Positions 13,362 to 27,087 of a DNA stretch of 64,000 bases are shown in pieces. The position numbers and the translations under genes are program-made. A model generated the notes under the pieces. That model saw only the letters and a list, made by a program, of their open reading frames with translations, was not told where the DNA came from and searched no databases. Within the stretch, counting starts at the first letter, position 1; every line of letters begins with the position of its first letter. Origin of the DNA: Haliotis rufescens (Eukaryota); the NCBI RefSeq assembly GCF_023055435.1, contig NW_025963846.1, positions 15,810,001 through 15,874,000 on the forward strand, in the 5' to 3' direction.

Positions 13362-13525
13362 TGAGTGAGTGAGTATGGTTTAACGCCGCTTTTAGCAATA
13401 TTCCAGCAATATCACGGCGGGGGACACCAGAAATGGGCTTCACACATTGTACCCATGTCAGGAATCGAACCCGGGTTTTCGGCGTGACGAGCGAACGCTT
13501 AACCACTAGGCTACCCGACCGCCCC
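13362..13525 (-). mobile_element. tRNA-derived SINE, family A (ACTC-repeat tail), full length with TSD
   Basis: Pol III A/B boxes on the - strand; flanking direct repeat ccttatttcgtatga. It abuts a different SINE at about 13010-13335. Confidence 0.85.
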
Positions 13526-15353
13526 TTATTTCGTATGAAAGAAGGCCAAGTATATATAACAAATACAATAAAATATATAAAGGTTCTTTTTTTTAAAGTG
13601 ATTTTATCATTTGGCGTTTGACCCATATTTGAATAACGACAATACAGCCTTTGTATTATTTAAACTGTGTATTTAATCAAATTCTTCTTTTAAGCAATAG
13701 TCGAGCAAACGTTCGGCCATTAAATACTTGATTTAAATACTAGCAACAGTCCAGCCACCGGTGCAAAGACACCAGAAAATGAGTTCATTCATTCATTCAT
13801 TCATTCATTCATTCATTCATTCATATGCAACATCGCGTCAGCTGTTTCTTGAATTATTGTCACTACTATGCTTCCAACTAATGGGTACTTTAGAAACAGA
13901 CTGATACTTTATTGACTCCGTTTAAATTCTTAAAACATTTTGCCCCTGCTCGAGATGAGTGTTTAACATTTGGTATTGACATTGGACGATTTCGCAACTT
14001 AGCTACATGGCGGCGACTGTGAAGTCTGTGGTCTTAACTTGGGACAATTTGGTAGATATCTTGTTTGTGGAAATCATTGATGACATAAACTTATTTCGCC
14101 TTGGTAATGTTTATTAAACATGCAAATTGAATACATTACATGTATATCCTTGTCTATTTATGGGAGGATGGAAGGGGGGGGGGGGGGGGGGACTGGGGGG
14201 AGGAAGTGTGTCTGGCTGTGCAATCTGTATCTGGGCATGTTGACACGTTGTGCTTGTGTTGTGTAACAAACAATTAGGTCATGCGTATCCAGTCATCGTT
14301 TTCTAGGAAAGCCGGAACAGCCTCGTTGACCTATGGAACACTGGAAGGGACATCCTCGCGTTCCCACGAGACAATAAATATGAAAACATACTTTTTAGTT
14401 TATAGTTAATTCTTTCAAAAGTCGCGAATGGACATTTTGACAGGATGATAAATCTCTCAAGCTCGCAATCCCGACTTGCGAAATCGCGAGAAGTTTATGA
14501 AGCCTTTAAACTGTCCTCGGTTTCATAACAGTAACTAAGATGCGAACCGTAAATGTTAGTATATCAGACGCCGTCGTGTTTTCCGGCAGACGAGTCAATA
14601 TCCATCACGTGACAGGTCAGTGCTGATCATGTGACGAGTCAATATTCAGTGTCAGTCACATGATTTGGGGGTCTACATTTAAATGTATTGTTTCTTCAAG
14701 TTGGGCGGATTAACCAACGGAACTGCAAGATTCTTAATAAATGTACAGCAAAACCAACTAGTAACTATATATCAAGCTATGTAATGTAAAGAAGTCATAT
14801 CCTATTTGTACAGTTCGTACATCTTTTTTTAACAAATTAAAGATTCCTTACTATTTAACAAATAAATGTACTTACAGTTGGGAGGGAAGAAAAATGCTAC
14901 GATGATGCAGTCATTAAGCTGACCTGAATCTGCAAAACAGTACAACCATTTTTCAGCCGTGACAATAATCGTTTGTAATCATTCACGAGTAACAGTTAAG
15001 AATTTGTGTGCTATGCATCGTGGCCATCTGGCTCATCGTAGATCGTAATTACGCCATCATAGTAATATTATAACTGGCCAATCACATGCAAATGACTTTC
15101 TCTATGGGGTAATAAGAAACGATACATACATTGCTTGTAGTTTCTTTGTTTTAAAACCCACTCAGACCTACTTTTTAGCTCTCGTCAACATACTCAGTAC
15201 TTTAGGCCATAATAAAATAATTGAAATCCCCGTCAGCTTCACAACCAAACATACCCCCTCAAGTCACTGTATTGTCGCCAGGATACCTACAGAGAAGAAA
15301 TATATGCTTGCTCCCTTCTATATTTAAATGATGAAATACACCGTAGGTATGTG

Positions 15354-15529
15354 TCCCTTACAATATTCCATAGTAACGCGCTGTCACTTAGAATACTTCA
15401 GCTACATCGTGACCTTTCATTTAGAAGGCATCCTGTTCTGTCGTGGGTATATATATATATATATTGCCTGTGCAACGTAAAGGGCTCATTTTCGACAAGT
15501 CTCCTGTTGTGACACAATCTCCGACGATA
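15354..15529 (+). promoter_or_regulatory. Conserved proximal promoter of paralog 2
   Basis: tcccttacaatattccatagtaac (15354-15377), then tgtcgtggg followed by a (TA)n TATA-like run. Confidence 0.55.
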
Positions 15530-18071
15530 ATGGCGAAGTTATTGCTGGTCCTCGTTTTGACTGTGCTGTCGATATCTGCAATTACAGAGGCGCAATTTAC
15601 TTACCGTAAGTAATAAGTTTGCTTGTTTCTCGTATTCAATCCTAAAACAGTTGACGTGTATGCACAAAGACAATAAACTATGATAAATAAATACAAAGTG
15701 ATGTCGGCATAACATCGTACTCTCGTCCTAATCGCTTAATATTTATATCTATATTTACTAAACTACGGAACCCTGTGGATAGATACTCTTTGAACACCTA
15801 CAAAATCTTTGGATGCGAGGACATACTTACCATTATCGTGAACACCTGGTGTCATCACTGACTTCCCACCCAATGAAATCTGTTTCGGCAGATAATCGAT
15901 ACTGCTTATATTCTTTGGCGTTGACGTTCTATATCTAGAAAAGTACAATTAACTTTTTTATGAACTAAGACAACACGGTTATATGTTTAGTTTGTCCATT
16001 CCTTACAAGAAATAAACATAATGTAGAGAGAGATAGAAAATTGTAAAGAACCTGACCCCAATTCCGAGTCTGTCTTACAGACCCTGATACAAATATATCA
16101 AATACAGCCCAAGCAAGTCTATAATGTTGGCAAGTCTAGATTACTGCAGTATCTGAAAATGAAGAGAGTCCCTGGGTTCCTTTTTATTCTATTTTTTTAA
16201 AGATAATTTAACAACTGTTTTTTCTGTAAGATATATTCATTTCAGAGACGATATGTTAGTCTACCCTATTCCCAGAATAATAATATTGTCATCATGCTTG
16301 CCTAACCTGTCTTGACAGGAGTTTTTGTTTAGTTAGAAGTCTGTGCAATAAATCCATAGTTAATACACTATGTGTCGCAGGTTGTCCTTCCAACTGCGAA
16401 GACAGCACGTGCTCATCCAGGGGCTGTGTCACCTGTGACCCGGGCTACTGCCTATACTACAGAGGCAGGTGAGAAGAATACAGGATCAAGGGTGCTGACT
16501 TGACCATGAGTATCTATACCTATCCCCATGGTGATATCCTGGGCAGAATAAAGTCTCGCTATACCTGATGGTACATCAGGGATTGATTTTACACATTGTA
16601 CTCAAATGGGGAATTGAACCCGGGCCTTCGGCGTCACGAGAGAACAGGTTAAGTACTCGGGTACTTTTCCGCCACTGCGTGTCGGCAGATATCAGGTTGG
16701 GGGGCACCAGAATAGACTTCACATTCTCCACTCATGTGGGGCATCGAAGCGAGCCTCTGTGAGATGAGCGAACGCTTTAACCACTTGACTTCTTGTCGTG
16801 AAAGCCGACGTGCGGGGTTGCAGTGTGTGCCTGGCTGACCGTGTGTCATCGTGCCTCAACAGGCTACACTGACTTGCCTGCTCACACTCCAGTACTTACA
16901 GCCTCCCTCTAGCTGCAAAATTGTGGACTGTGGCATACAGCGTCAATCACTTCGTGACACTTCTGATGAAGAGATGTTGATGATGCGAGTTAAGACAAGG
17001 ATTAAAACCAAATAAAAAACGTAATAATAACGCTAGATATGATATATGTGAAACTCAAAAAAACAAAACGGAGTTTGAAGGCGATCGTTAAATAAGAATT
17101 CAATGGTGATTTCATTGCAATGACAACACTCGCGAATGTATAGCACTCTTGTATAACTGATTTATTAAACATTGCTAATTGTTATTGTAAAACGGAAATG
17201 AGGCTGCATTACAGGAAATTGTGATGTATACATTCGTAGATTTGACACTTAAAGCCTCCATATTAAGTTTCATTAAGCTGCATCAAATTACCGATTAGAT
17301 GCCTGTAAATTCACTGTTGCTTGATCTCCTGATGGTAATACGTTATTTGTTTTGTTCCACAGAATAGGCATATGCGTCCGTACCTGCCCGGCTGGAATGT
17401 CCTGTTACCGTGGTGCTATCTCCATCTGTACGAGTAAGTAGACCGCCTTCTCACAAAGATGAAACTATGTGTTTATGTGCCAGTTTTCGGTCACTGATTC
17501 AAAACGTGAAAAATACTTTCTCACAACATTATTTTGAGGACTTCATGCATTCGTTTGGGTAAAATATGAGGCAAAGTTATAGGACCCGCCCAAAGCCGAC
17601 AAGGACAACGTGGACATTTAGGACGGCTTCTCTTAATTTGGGCAGACCATTCAGTTGTTTTCCCGTATGTGAGTACGCAACACATGCCTTTGAGTCTCGT
17701 GTGCTACATTCTGCATGTACAGACACGTGGGTTTGTCTAGCGACACAGCCTCTTTGTCACTGTACCAGAGTGACTTATGGGTCGGTTATACATAATTCAT
17801 TTAGGCATTGATATTGTTTTGTTTTCTTAAATACTAAAATCATGACCTAATAACCACAACTGCAATACAAACAATACCCCTTCATTGGAAATGAGGAGTT
17901 TACTCTACAGAACAAACTTAAAGAGGTTAAGGAGCTGACAATAATAAAGATGGAAAGGTAACACTATATCACCATCTCATCCTGTGAGCCACTGGTTCGA
18001 CTTGCCAAGAGTCCATTGTTTACAGGCTGGCTTGCCATCACTGGCATATTACATCAAACAACATCCACAAA

Positions 18072-18158
<87 letters not shown>

Positions 18159-18202
18159 AGACTTACTTACAATACCTTTTCTTTGTAGGGAATCGAGGCT
18201 AA
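15530..18202 (+). CDS. Secreted 10-Cys furin-like-repeat peptide, paralog 2 (82 aa, cationic, C-terminal Gly)
   Basis: Exons 15530-15605, 16381-16468, 17363-17433, 18189-18202 give MAKLLLVLVLTVLSISAITEA|QFTYRCPSNCEDSTCSSRGCVTCDPGYCLYYRGRIGICVRTCPAGMSCYRGAISICTRNRG*. Canonical splice sites; AATAAA 18315-18320. Confidence 0.9.
18077..18154. repeat. (TC)n microsatellite just upstream of the terminal-exon acceptor of paralog 2
   Basis: Direct inspection. Other microsatellites: (TTCA)n 13783-13823, poly-G about 14174-14191, (TC)n 25445-25488, (TC)-rich 38909-38990. Confidence 0.97.
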
Positions 18203-19039
18203 CAGAGGGTTGCTCGAAATAAGGAACGACAAAGGAACTTCCGAACACTTCATCGGACTTCAGGCATTCAGTATGATTGAGAGTTGATCTGTTTAATCGC
18301 TTATAAAGTCAATGAATAAATATATCAATTGATGCAATAACCACTGTTCGTTTGGAATTATTTTATTACTATATAAGTAAACTATGCTGCTTTGCTTCCT
18401 AAATGTAGAGAGCTTTAGATTTTTACACTATATTTGTATCTTGAAACCTCAAGGGTTCATGAACATCCACTAATCACTATCCGACTTGGGCGCACTTTGA
18501 GTAATTCCTGAGAATGATATTGTTTAAAATGAGGTGGAATTTACCACCTGTCTATCAACGATAAAAGTAAATTTGTGATACATATTTATATCTTGGCTGC
18601 ACCATTTCCAGAGCGAAGGACCATATATCCTGGTCGGGATAATATATAAGAGGTTTTAACTTGAATTCGTTTTCTTGATGTGAGATTGACCCCATGGGGA
18701 TTCCGGGTTAGAATAGGATCCCAGCAACCTATGTTGGTCGTAGGAGGCGACTTGTGGAACGGGTGGTGAGGCTTGGCGACTTGATTGACTGCGCGTCACT
18801 GTGCCTCAACGACGTGGATCGTTGCTCATAATATCAGTCACTGGTTTGGTCTAGACTGACATATTACCGAATGCGGACTTAAAACAAATCAAACAAACAA
18901 AGAAACATCACCTATGCGCCTGGAAGAACTAATTATATATAAGAACCTCTTACTATAATATATTTCCATTTCAAATAGCTATTTTAAACAATCGTTGCCT
19001 GTATTGACCCTGACGAAATAAATTTGTATTTTTTACATC

Positions 19040-19800
19040 GTAACAGTGTCAAATATACAAACACAGAACACGTCTAACAACATAACCTGTATTATTGGTG
19101 TTACTTGTCGATTCCCCGATTTAAACATTATGTTAACCCTGAAATGTACGTAAAAGAACTAAGTGTGATCACTGCCCAAACACAATGCAATGAGCGTCCA
19201 CCGAATCTCAACATAAACAATATAAACACAGTTACAATCATTCTTAAACAATAAAATTGTCTTATAACATTGGAAAGTATCATATGATTAATGATTGAAG
19301 ATAGTGTAATATTTATGACAGAACTAATGATAAGATAAGGCAAGACAATACATGACGTCTTCATTATAGTAACACACAATCCGTTAGTCCACTCCCCACA
19401 AGACATACATGACGTCCTCCATGTGAAAACACACGACCCACTGGCTCGATCACCAACACAAGTCATCAGCGGAATTAGGGCAAGGCCTATTGATGGAACA
19501 AACATGACGTCTTCCTTGTTATAACACGCGACCCACTGGCTCGATCACCAACACAAGTCATCAGCGGAATTAGGGCAAGGCCTATTGATGGAACAAACAT
19601 GACGTCTTCCTTGTTATAACACGCGACCCACTGGCTCGATCACCAACTCAAGGGCATCAGCGTAGTTAGGGCAAGACCTTTAGACTGTACATACATGACG
19701 TCCTCCTTGTCATAACACACGACCCACTGGCCCGCTCACAAAGTCAAGGTCATCAGCGGTGTTCGGGAAAGACCTTTAGATGGAATATACGACGTCATCC
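19040..19800. repeat. Dispersed element with internal tandem array (about 94-bp units)
   Basis: atgacgtc..caactg/cccactggc..tcaccaa..ttagggcaag units with a unique left flank; homologous to 51980-52745. Confidence 0.75.
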
Positions 19801-20719
19801 AGATGCGAGCGAAAGTTTGAATCTCCAGAAATGACGTCATGATCGAACAATGTTTTATCGTGAAATAAACCACGCTTCGTTCTTCATTGTTCTTTGCGAT
19901 TTATCGTTAACTATCTTGAATATGTAAATAATCCAATTCTTGATCAGGCATTTACGATGACATGCATCAACCTCGTAGTCCCCTTTTACTTTTTGGTATA
20001 TACAGAAAAAATAACCTGAGGAAATGAACAGTCTTAAAGAATATTCCAGTATAACGTGTCAACTTAATCTTAATGGGAATATCTGTTTAAAGGGCAGGGA
20101 TAACAAAGCTAGAAAATGGATTGACCAAGTGCGTTGAAGTCAAAGGAGATTATGTTGCAAAGTTATGTGTGAACAATTAGGCCTACATTATCTTTTTGAG
20201 GCCATGAACGATTCAATTTATTGGCTTAACTACTGAATCGATGCCAATATGTACATGGTGCTATTGCTCAACATTCGAGAATTTGGCCAGTAGTAGAGAA
20301 CATCTAAGCACACAAGTTGCTGCAATTTCGTGGAAAGGTTTACTCGGTTTGCTTTTCTCAAAAATACGTACGTTGAAATAAAATGGATTTTTCCTATATG
20401 TCTAAAAACAATGTAAGACCACTTACTCCAATCATGTTGATATGCCCTGCTACTCACGCTCTGGGGGCGGGGCATCCATCAGACCGCCAATGTATCGTAT
20501 CCTGCTCCCCCGTACTCCAGGAGTAGGACCCCACCCTCGATGTCAGCCATTCCTGGGACTCTCGCTGCATCCACCCGCTTCACCTCAGAGGGGGTAGTAG
20601 CTGATTCCGCGAGGTTCATACCCATGTCCACTGAGTGGTCAAAAATACTGTGGATTATGGACGCAAAGAAGTAAGTAGGTGAGTGAGGTATACAGTTCAT
20701 ATACATACCACAAACTATT

Positions 20720-20912
20720 CGGGCGGTGGGGTAGCCTAGTGGTTAATGCGTCGGCTTGTCACGCCGAAGACCCGGGTTCGATTCCCCACATGAGTACAAC
20801 GTTCGAAGCCCATTTTTCGGTATCCCCCGCCATGGTATTGGTGGAATATTGCTAAAAGCGGTGTAAAAACATACTCATTCTCCCACTCACTCACTCACTC
20901 ACTCACTCACTC
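20720..20912 (+). mobile_element. tRNA-derived SINE, family A
   Basis: gtagcctagtggtt (A box), gggttcgattccc (B box), (ACTC)n tail. Further copies at about 190-320(-), 23680-23835(-), 35550-35710(+), 47985-48147(+) and degenerate copies in intron 2 of paralogs 2-5. Confidence 0.85.
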
Positions 20913-21309
20913 TTCATATATATCGATGCATGGTTTGGGCAGGGTACCATATACCCATTTCAACACCATGATGTTTAGTGAAGCCGGTAAAACTCCCGTA
21001 GTGAGTGAGTGAGTGAATTATGGATAACGTCTCATACATGTATATCGGGTGTGTCGTGTAGTGATATGATCCATTGTCAAAGTTTATCCCGTGACAGACA
21101 GACAAGTTGTCAAGTAGTTCGTGGTACATGTACCTATCCTCCTGGTACATTATTAATATTAATAAACTTCAGTCACATGATAAATGTGTACAGTACATTT
21201 CTAAACACCCTCTACTGGGGACCGTTGAAACCGCGCAGGGTGACTTTATGGGCTGCTTATAGTTTAACTTAGCGTTCACGTCGCCTATCCATACTCATCA
21301 GGCTACATA

Positions 21310-22851
21310 AACTGACGTCCAAAAGAAACTTTACCAGAGTTTGAAATCACTCTTGCTCAAAAACAACAAAACATACATGCATGAAGTAAAGTGTATTGAG
21401 AAGATCAATATATCAACATAATCAACACTGAAAATGACAATCATACCGCGACCGATAATGACGTCAGAGCCCCCCAAAGTTGGGTGTGGTACAAACTCGA
21501 GCTTTCAGAATCATGGACAATAGGCAGAGTACATAAACAATCGCTCACGTTCAATAACAAGTCATTAGTAGCGTGTGTGACCACCAAATGCCTCAATACA
21601 CGCAAAAACTCTTCGACGCACAGAAAAAGTCAGTCGTCTGATGAGGTCACGTGGGATTTGACGCCCTTCTTCTTGGAGGGCCAAGATCAGTTCTTGTCGG
21701 TTGGCTGGAGAGTGTGGTCGTTGTCGAACACGACGATCCATCAAGTCCCAGAGGTGTTCTATGGGGGACACGTCGGGTGAGCGTGCAGGCTACGGCAGGA
21801 CGTTGACGTTGTTGGCTGCGAGGAAGTTAGTGACAATTCTGGCTGTATAGGCTCTAGCGTTGTCATGCTGATACATGACACCACGTGGCTGCTGTTGGAG
21901 AAATGGTAGGACAACTGGGCGAAGAATGTTATCCATGTAACGCTGAGCTGTCAAGTTTCCGTCAACGATTACCAGCGGTGTCCTCTCCTGCCCACAGATC
22001 CCTCCCCACACCATGACACTCCCTCCACCATATGGTACGACCTCCTGAACGCAACACGCCGGCGTTCGTTCACCCCTTCGGCGGTAAACACGTTGTCTTC
22101 CATCAGCCCTAAACATACAGAATCGATTTTCGTCAGTGAAAACAACCCTCTGCAAGTCACGTCGTTGCCAACGTCGTACAGTCCGGGCCCATCTCAATCG
22201 CAGACGACGATGTTGCGCTGTCAATAGCTGCCCTCTGTATGGTCTAAAAGCCCTGACTCCATGAGCCCTGAGTCTCCTGGCCACTGTCTGTCGACTAACC
22301 CTGTGACCTAAGGGATTTGTCGCCGATGACGTCACTGTCAGGAAGCGATTTCGGAGGTGCAAGGTACGCAAGTACCGGTCATTATGGGGCGTGGTCACCC
22401 TGGGTCTGCCTGTTCTTGGCCTGTCAGCGGTCCGCCCTGTCTGTCTGTAACATTATATCAAGTTGGTAATGGCAACACGGGAGCAACCGATGGTTCGTGC
22501 AATATGGGCGTGTGTGGCTCCCATCTGTACCATACCCAAGGCTCGTTCACGTTGTTCGACTGTGAGTCGTGGCATTTCTTTTGTGGTTTTTGTTATCACT
22601 GTGGATGTCTGACTTGCCGTTGCAATCGTTTTATACCCTTACCCGCGCGTGCATTTGCAGTTGTCCGTGGTGCACGTATTTTCACTTTTTCGCGTGTTAT
22701 CTCGCAAACATGTAACAGACGATTAACATTTTCTGCATACACTATTGTTATATTTAGGTTATGTGTTTTAGATAGACTTCATCGAAAAAAATTGTATACT
22801 TTGTCTGAAATTTATATTTTCAGTTGGTAAAGTTTCTTTTGGACGTCAGTT
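21310..22851 (-). mobile_element. Full-length Tc1-family (DD34E) DNA transposon with inactivated transposase
   Basis: Perfect 27-bp TIRs aactgacgtccaaaagaaactttacca (21310-21336 and 22825-22851) with TA TSD. Transposase frame 22575-21565 (MPRLT..GRPR..FTDE..VMVWGGI..HDNA..SPDVSPIEHLW) has two premature stops and no frameshift. Confidence 0.95.
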
Positions 22852-23859
22852 TATTAAATACAACTTAAAGGATAGGGCCAATTTGAATGTAGCGTCATCT
22901 GAAAGAGATGACTGCTATCATTTGCGTTGTCACTATCTTACCTTTGCTTCAACATGGGTATGTTCTGTACACTGGGGGGTAGAGAAGACAAGGGGAAGAG
23001 ATTCATACGTTACACTATTCACAATTTCATGTATATTTCTGTGAAATATGTTACCCATTGAATGCAAATTTAGTAAATTTAGACTAATTATATCTTTAAT
23101 TCAAATTTAGCATATGGAGTTTGGTCGAAGTGGGTCACTCAAAAGAAATATACTTTTTACGTTATACAGGCCAATTTCAGAGGTAAAGAAAAAAATCGTC
23201 ATGTCTGATTTTGTTTGTTTTAAATCATAAACACCTTACATTTAATGGAATCATTTCAAGGTAACATTTGGTCGTTAGGGGAAATGTCTGGGTTTGTGAG
23301 ACCCTCTGCTTCACCTTGCAGCTGACTCCTCGCAATCTTTGTCAGATGTAGGTTGTTTGAAAAACAACTCATTTTATATCAGTTCTGAAACCTCGGCCCA
23401 TTTACTGACATTGTATGATAACCAGCAGTAAATGAAGTCCCAGGAACACCTGCCCTGTCCCATGTCCATGCTTCCCGTGTCCATGTCCGTGTAATGCATA
23501 CTACGAATGACCATCCCTTTACCCCGAACTTCAATGTGGCTGAACTCGAGTTACTTCCGTTTCCCTTCGCTGACAATGCTGCCAAAATAGCTGCCAGATG
23601 GCACAACTATTGATTAACATACTTAAGTATACCGCCGTTTCAGCTGCAGAAAACGATCGAGAGAGACAGCTCATTTTTCGTGAGTGAGTGGATATGGTTT
23701 TACGCCGCTTTTAGCAATATTCCAGCAATATCACGACGGGGGACACCAGAAATGGGCTTCACACATTGTACCCATGTCGGGAATCGAACCCGGGTCTTCG
23801 GCGTGACGAGCGAACGGTTTAATCACTAGGCTACAGTCAGGCTGGTTAGGCTCATCTTC

Positions 23860-24180
23860 TGCTCATGGTCCTTGCCCCCTCTACACGCAGCCCAGACAGC
23901 GAACGGGACTTCTCATAGAAAGCGCTGCGAACCCACCCATACCTTTTCGGAGAATGTGAAGACTCCCCAACACTGCAGCCTTCTGCATTACCCAGATTGT
24001 GAGATGGGCTGTATTCCTGGCAGCAAGCCCGGGTACACTCCCAATGTCAGTCAACAGATTGGGAGGTACCAAACTGAGGCACCAAGAACAATGGGGAGTC
24101 GGAAAACTTTGTACTTGGGACGCAAGCGTGACATTTCAAAAGCATATTTGCCATGTTTTTCCTGAATCTTGTAAATTACA
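23860..24180 (-). mobile_element. 3' fragment of an RLE-type non-LTR retrotransposon
   Basis: Minus strand reads EMSRLRPKYKVFRLPIVLGA and MQKAAVLGSLHILRK, like the C-terminus of restriction-like-endonuclease LINEs (R4/NeSL-like). Confidence 0.6.
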
Positions 24181-25144
24181 TTATTGTCAAAAGGGACAGA
24201 AAATTCAATAATATAAATAGTAGTCATCTTATAAGCAGTTAAACTACCATTTCATTTCATGAGTAAACTTGTCTACTTGGAGAATGAGAGAGAGAGAGAG
24301 GAAAAAAAAGATGGAGTGCGTATGTGTGTGCGTGCCTGCTATAGCTAGCCTGCGTGCCTGCCTGCTTGCGCGTGTGTGTGTGCGGTTACCGATTACCGAC
24401 AAATTGTGTTATATTTTAACTGGGAACTTCAATCATTTTGTTTATACATACCCCTTAAAAGATTGAGTGGAAGTATTAAACTAGTAGTTATATTCTAAGT
24501 ACATCCTGTCCATCATCAATGATCTAGACTGTAAGGGTACATATGCCACCGCGTGCACATCAGTATCTAGACAAGGCGGTTGTGTTTTGTACAAGACATT
24601 AGGTTAAGCGTATGCAGGGGTCGTATTCTGGAACAGCCCAACACGATGTAATCTTTAACGTATGGTCTTCTGGAAGGGATATTCTGACAATCTCCACACT
24701 TGGAAACATAACTAATATGCAAATAGTGCTCAGAAAGTGCGCAAGATTTCCCGTTGTCGTATTTTTAGTTGGTTGGTTTGTTGTTTTACGTCGCACTCAG
24801 CAATATTCCAGCTATAGGACGGCGGTCTGTAAATAATCGAGTCATTTTCTCGCGTTCACGCGTTTTAGACGTATGTTAACTGGAGGGCGTTTTAGCTTCA
24901 GGTGTTTGCGAGTACAGAAGTATCCCCGTCATCGCCATTTTATCAAAGCTCAAAGTTTTAAATTACCACCATGTATTTCTAGCACAAAAAAAAACATCAC
25001 TTACAGTCCTTGACAAAAACATTACTTACAGAGCGTGACTAATTCAAGACACCTTCTTAAGAACCATAAATTACCCAGGTATCAGGATTGTACAAGTAAA
25101 ATTGCAACAGTAACTGGAAATAAATCATGCAATCTTATTTCACA

Positions 25145-25361
25145 ATAACCTCATATATTACCCTTGACCTTTAATAGACATACCACCAACAAATATATGC
25201 CTCTTCTCTGCTGTCTTTAAATGATGCGAAACACAAAACGTCTGTATCCCTTACAGTATTCCATAGTAACGCGCTGTCATTTTGACGGCGTTCTGCACTG
25301 TCGTGGGTATATAGACATCCTGTGAGAAGTACAGATCAGTTGTGACTAGTTTCAAGCGATA
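25145..25361 (+). promoter_or_regulatory. Conserved proximal promoter of paralog 3 (TATA + Inr)
   Basis: ccttgaccttt (25162), conserved block 25247-25270, TATATAG at 25308 exactly 30 nt before the A of Inr-like TCAGTT (25338). Confidence 0.65.
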
Positions 25362-25442
25362 ATGCCCAAAGTACTGTTTTTCGTAGGTTTGACTGTGCTG
25401 TCGATATCTGTGATGACAGAGGCTCAGTTTGGTGGCAGTAAG

Positions 25443-25492
<50 letters not shown>

Positions 25493-27087
25493 AAGCCCTA
25501 AACAGTTGACGAGTATGCGCAAAGGCAATATCCTGTAATATTACCGTTATGATAGTTTTTCCTAGAATAAAAATATATAAAGTATAAATATCTAGCTGAT
25601 CTATCGCCACGTTGTGACATGTCCCTTATTTATCACAGAACCCCATTAATGTTACAATGATTTTGCCGCAGGCTGTCCTCCAAACTGCCGTGAGAGCCAG
25701 TGCTCATTCATGGGCTGTGTGGACTGTGACGTGGGTTTCTGTCATTCTTCCGGCGACAGAGGGTGAGAAGAAGACAGAAGCTATCAAGTCCCTACCTGTC
25801 GTGAGATATCAGGGCGGGGAACACTAGAAATGGGCTTCACGCATTGTACCATATGGGGAAACGAACTTGGACCTTAGGTGTGACGAGCGAACGCTTTAAC
25901 CACTAGGCTACCTCCCCGCCCATGCTTGTGAGAAACGACTTGAGTGGTTACAGCGTGTGCCTGGCTGACGGTGTGTCATTAGCCTCGGCAGGCTACAAGG
26001 TTGCCCATTCTATCAACCACTGGTTTGCCTGCTCACGCTCGAGTACTTAAGGACATTAATAATTGTAATGGAAGAACGGAGCTAATGTTGTTTTGTTATG
26101 CATGTATTCTTAGATTTGATACATAATGTAACATATAAAGCATCATATTAAGCGGTATCAACCTACGATAGCACATCTCTGAATTCACAGCAGCCTACTA
26201 AATAGGTTATTTATTTTGTCCAACAGACAAATCATTTGCGTCAAAACGTGCCCGGATGGAATGTACTGTGAACATACCCACCGCATGTGCATCAACGTAA
26301 GTCCGCAATGCTTAACATGTACTTTCTTCTCGACACATTGTTTCCAGGACATCTGAGATATCCATCGAACATGTTAGTTGATAGCATCTGAGGCAAACAA
26401 AAAAGCAACCCAGCCTTCATCCGGCAAATTAACAATGTACATTTTAAACTGTGGAAAAAATAATGTAACTTGAAAATTCGATTTGACCAAGAAATCACAA
26501 ACGTTATCAAAACGTTACGAGGCTGACAACAGTCGCCGAAACACTGCAAACTTAAAAGTCCAAAACACAACAATGATATCCGCATCAAATACATCATCAT
26601 CGAACAACCATTTTTGTTTGTTTTATTTTTAGAAACCATTAAACATGGGTGTTCACTTTCTTTTGCCCGGCAGTTTATATACACAAAGGTTTTCCGAGAG
26701 TGAACGTGAAACATGGACATTGTGATGGAAATCAGAGATAGTCGACATCATTCTTTTCTAATTTTTCTTTGAAGAGGGACCTAAAATCATGTTTCCGTAT
26801 TACAATAAGTCAACCTGTAGTGAAAAGTGAATACTTTTTCACCGCTTCTCTCAATCTGTGACAGTAAAAATGTGTTACCTGGATAAGAATGTGTCGTCGT
26901 GCCCTGACGGCGTAGATCGTTGCTCATGCTGTCAGCCACCGGTTTGAATGGAACATAATCCATTAGTTACATGCATTCTGGATACAGTTGGAGTGTTGCT
27001 GACCGCCGCATAACACAACATCCACTTGTTTTCGCTCTCAACACCCCTAGGCTTAGGTCTACTGCCACTTCTTTTTCTTTGCAGTGA
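25362..27087 (+). CDS. Secreted 10-Cys furin-like-repeat peptide, paralog 3 (79 aa)
   Basis: Exons 25362-25437, 25672-25762, 26227-26296, 27085-27087 (TGA) give MPKVLFFVGLTVLSISVMTEA|QFGGSCPPNCRESQCSFMGCVDCDVGFCHSSGDRGQIICVKTCPDGMYCEHTHRMCIN*. AATAAA 27210-27215. Confidence 0.9.

Noticed and set aside
16955-17010. Conserved CTGATGA in intron 2 of paralogs 2, 4 and 5 as a hammerhead or snoRNA box
   Set aside because: No matching stem, GAAA or D-box partner was found; shared ancestry explains the conservation.
20095-20200. Mariner C-terminal remnant (KCVEVKGDYV) and a possible mariner end near 11066
   Set aside because: Too short and decayed to delimit as features.
26292-26720. Similar minus-strand ORFs at 26292-26720 and 41044-41463 (also 7405-7590, 27095-27295)
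   Set aside because: They are antisense to duplicated intron 3 or terminal-exon sequence; the similarity reflects paralogy and there are no protein motifs.
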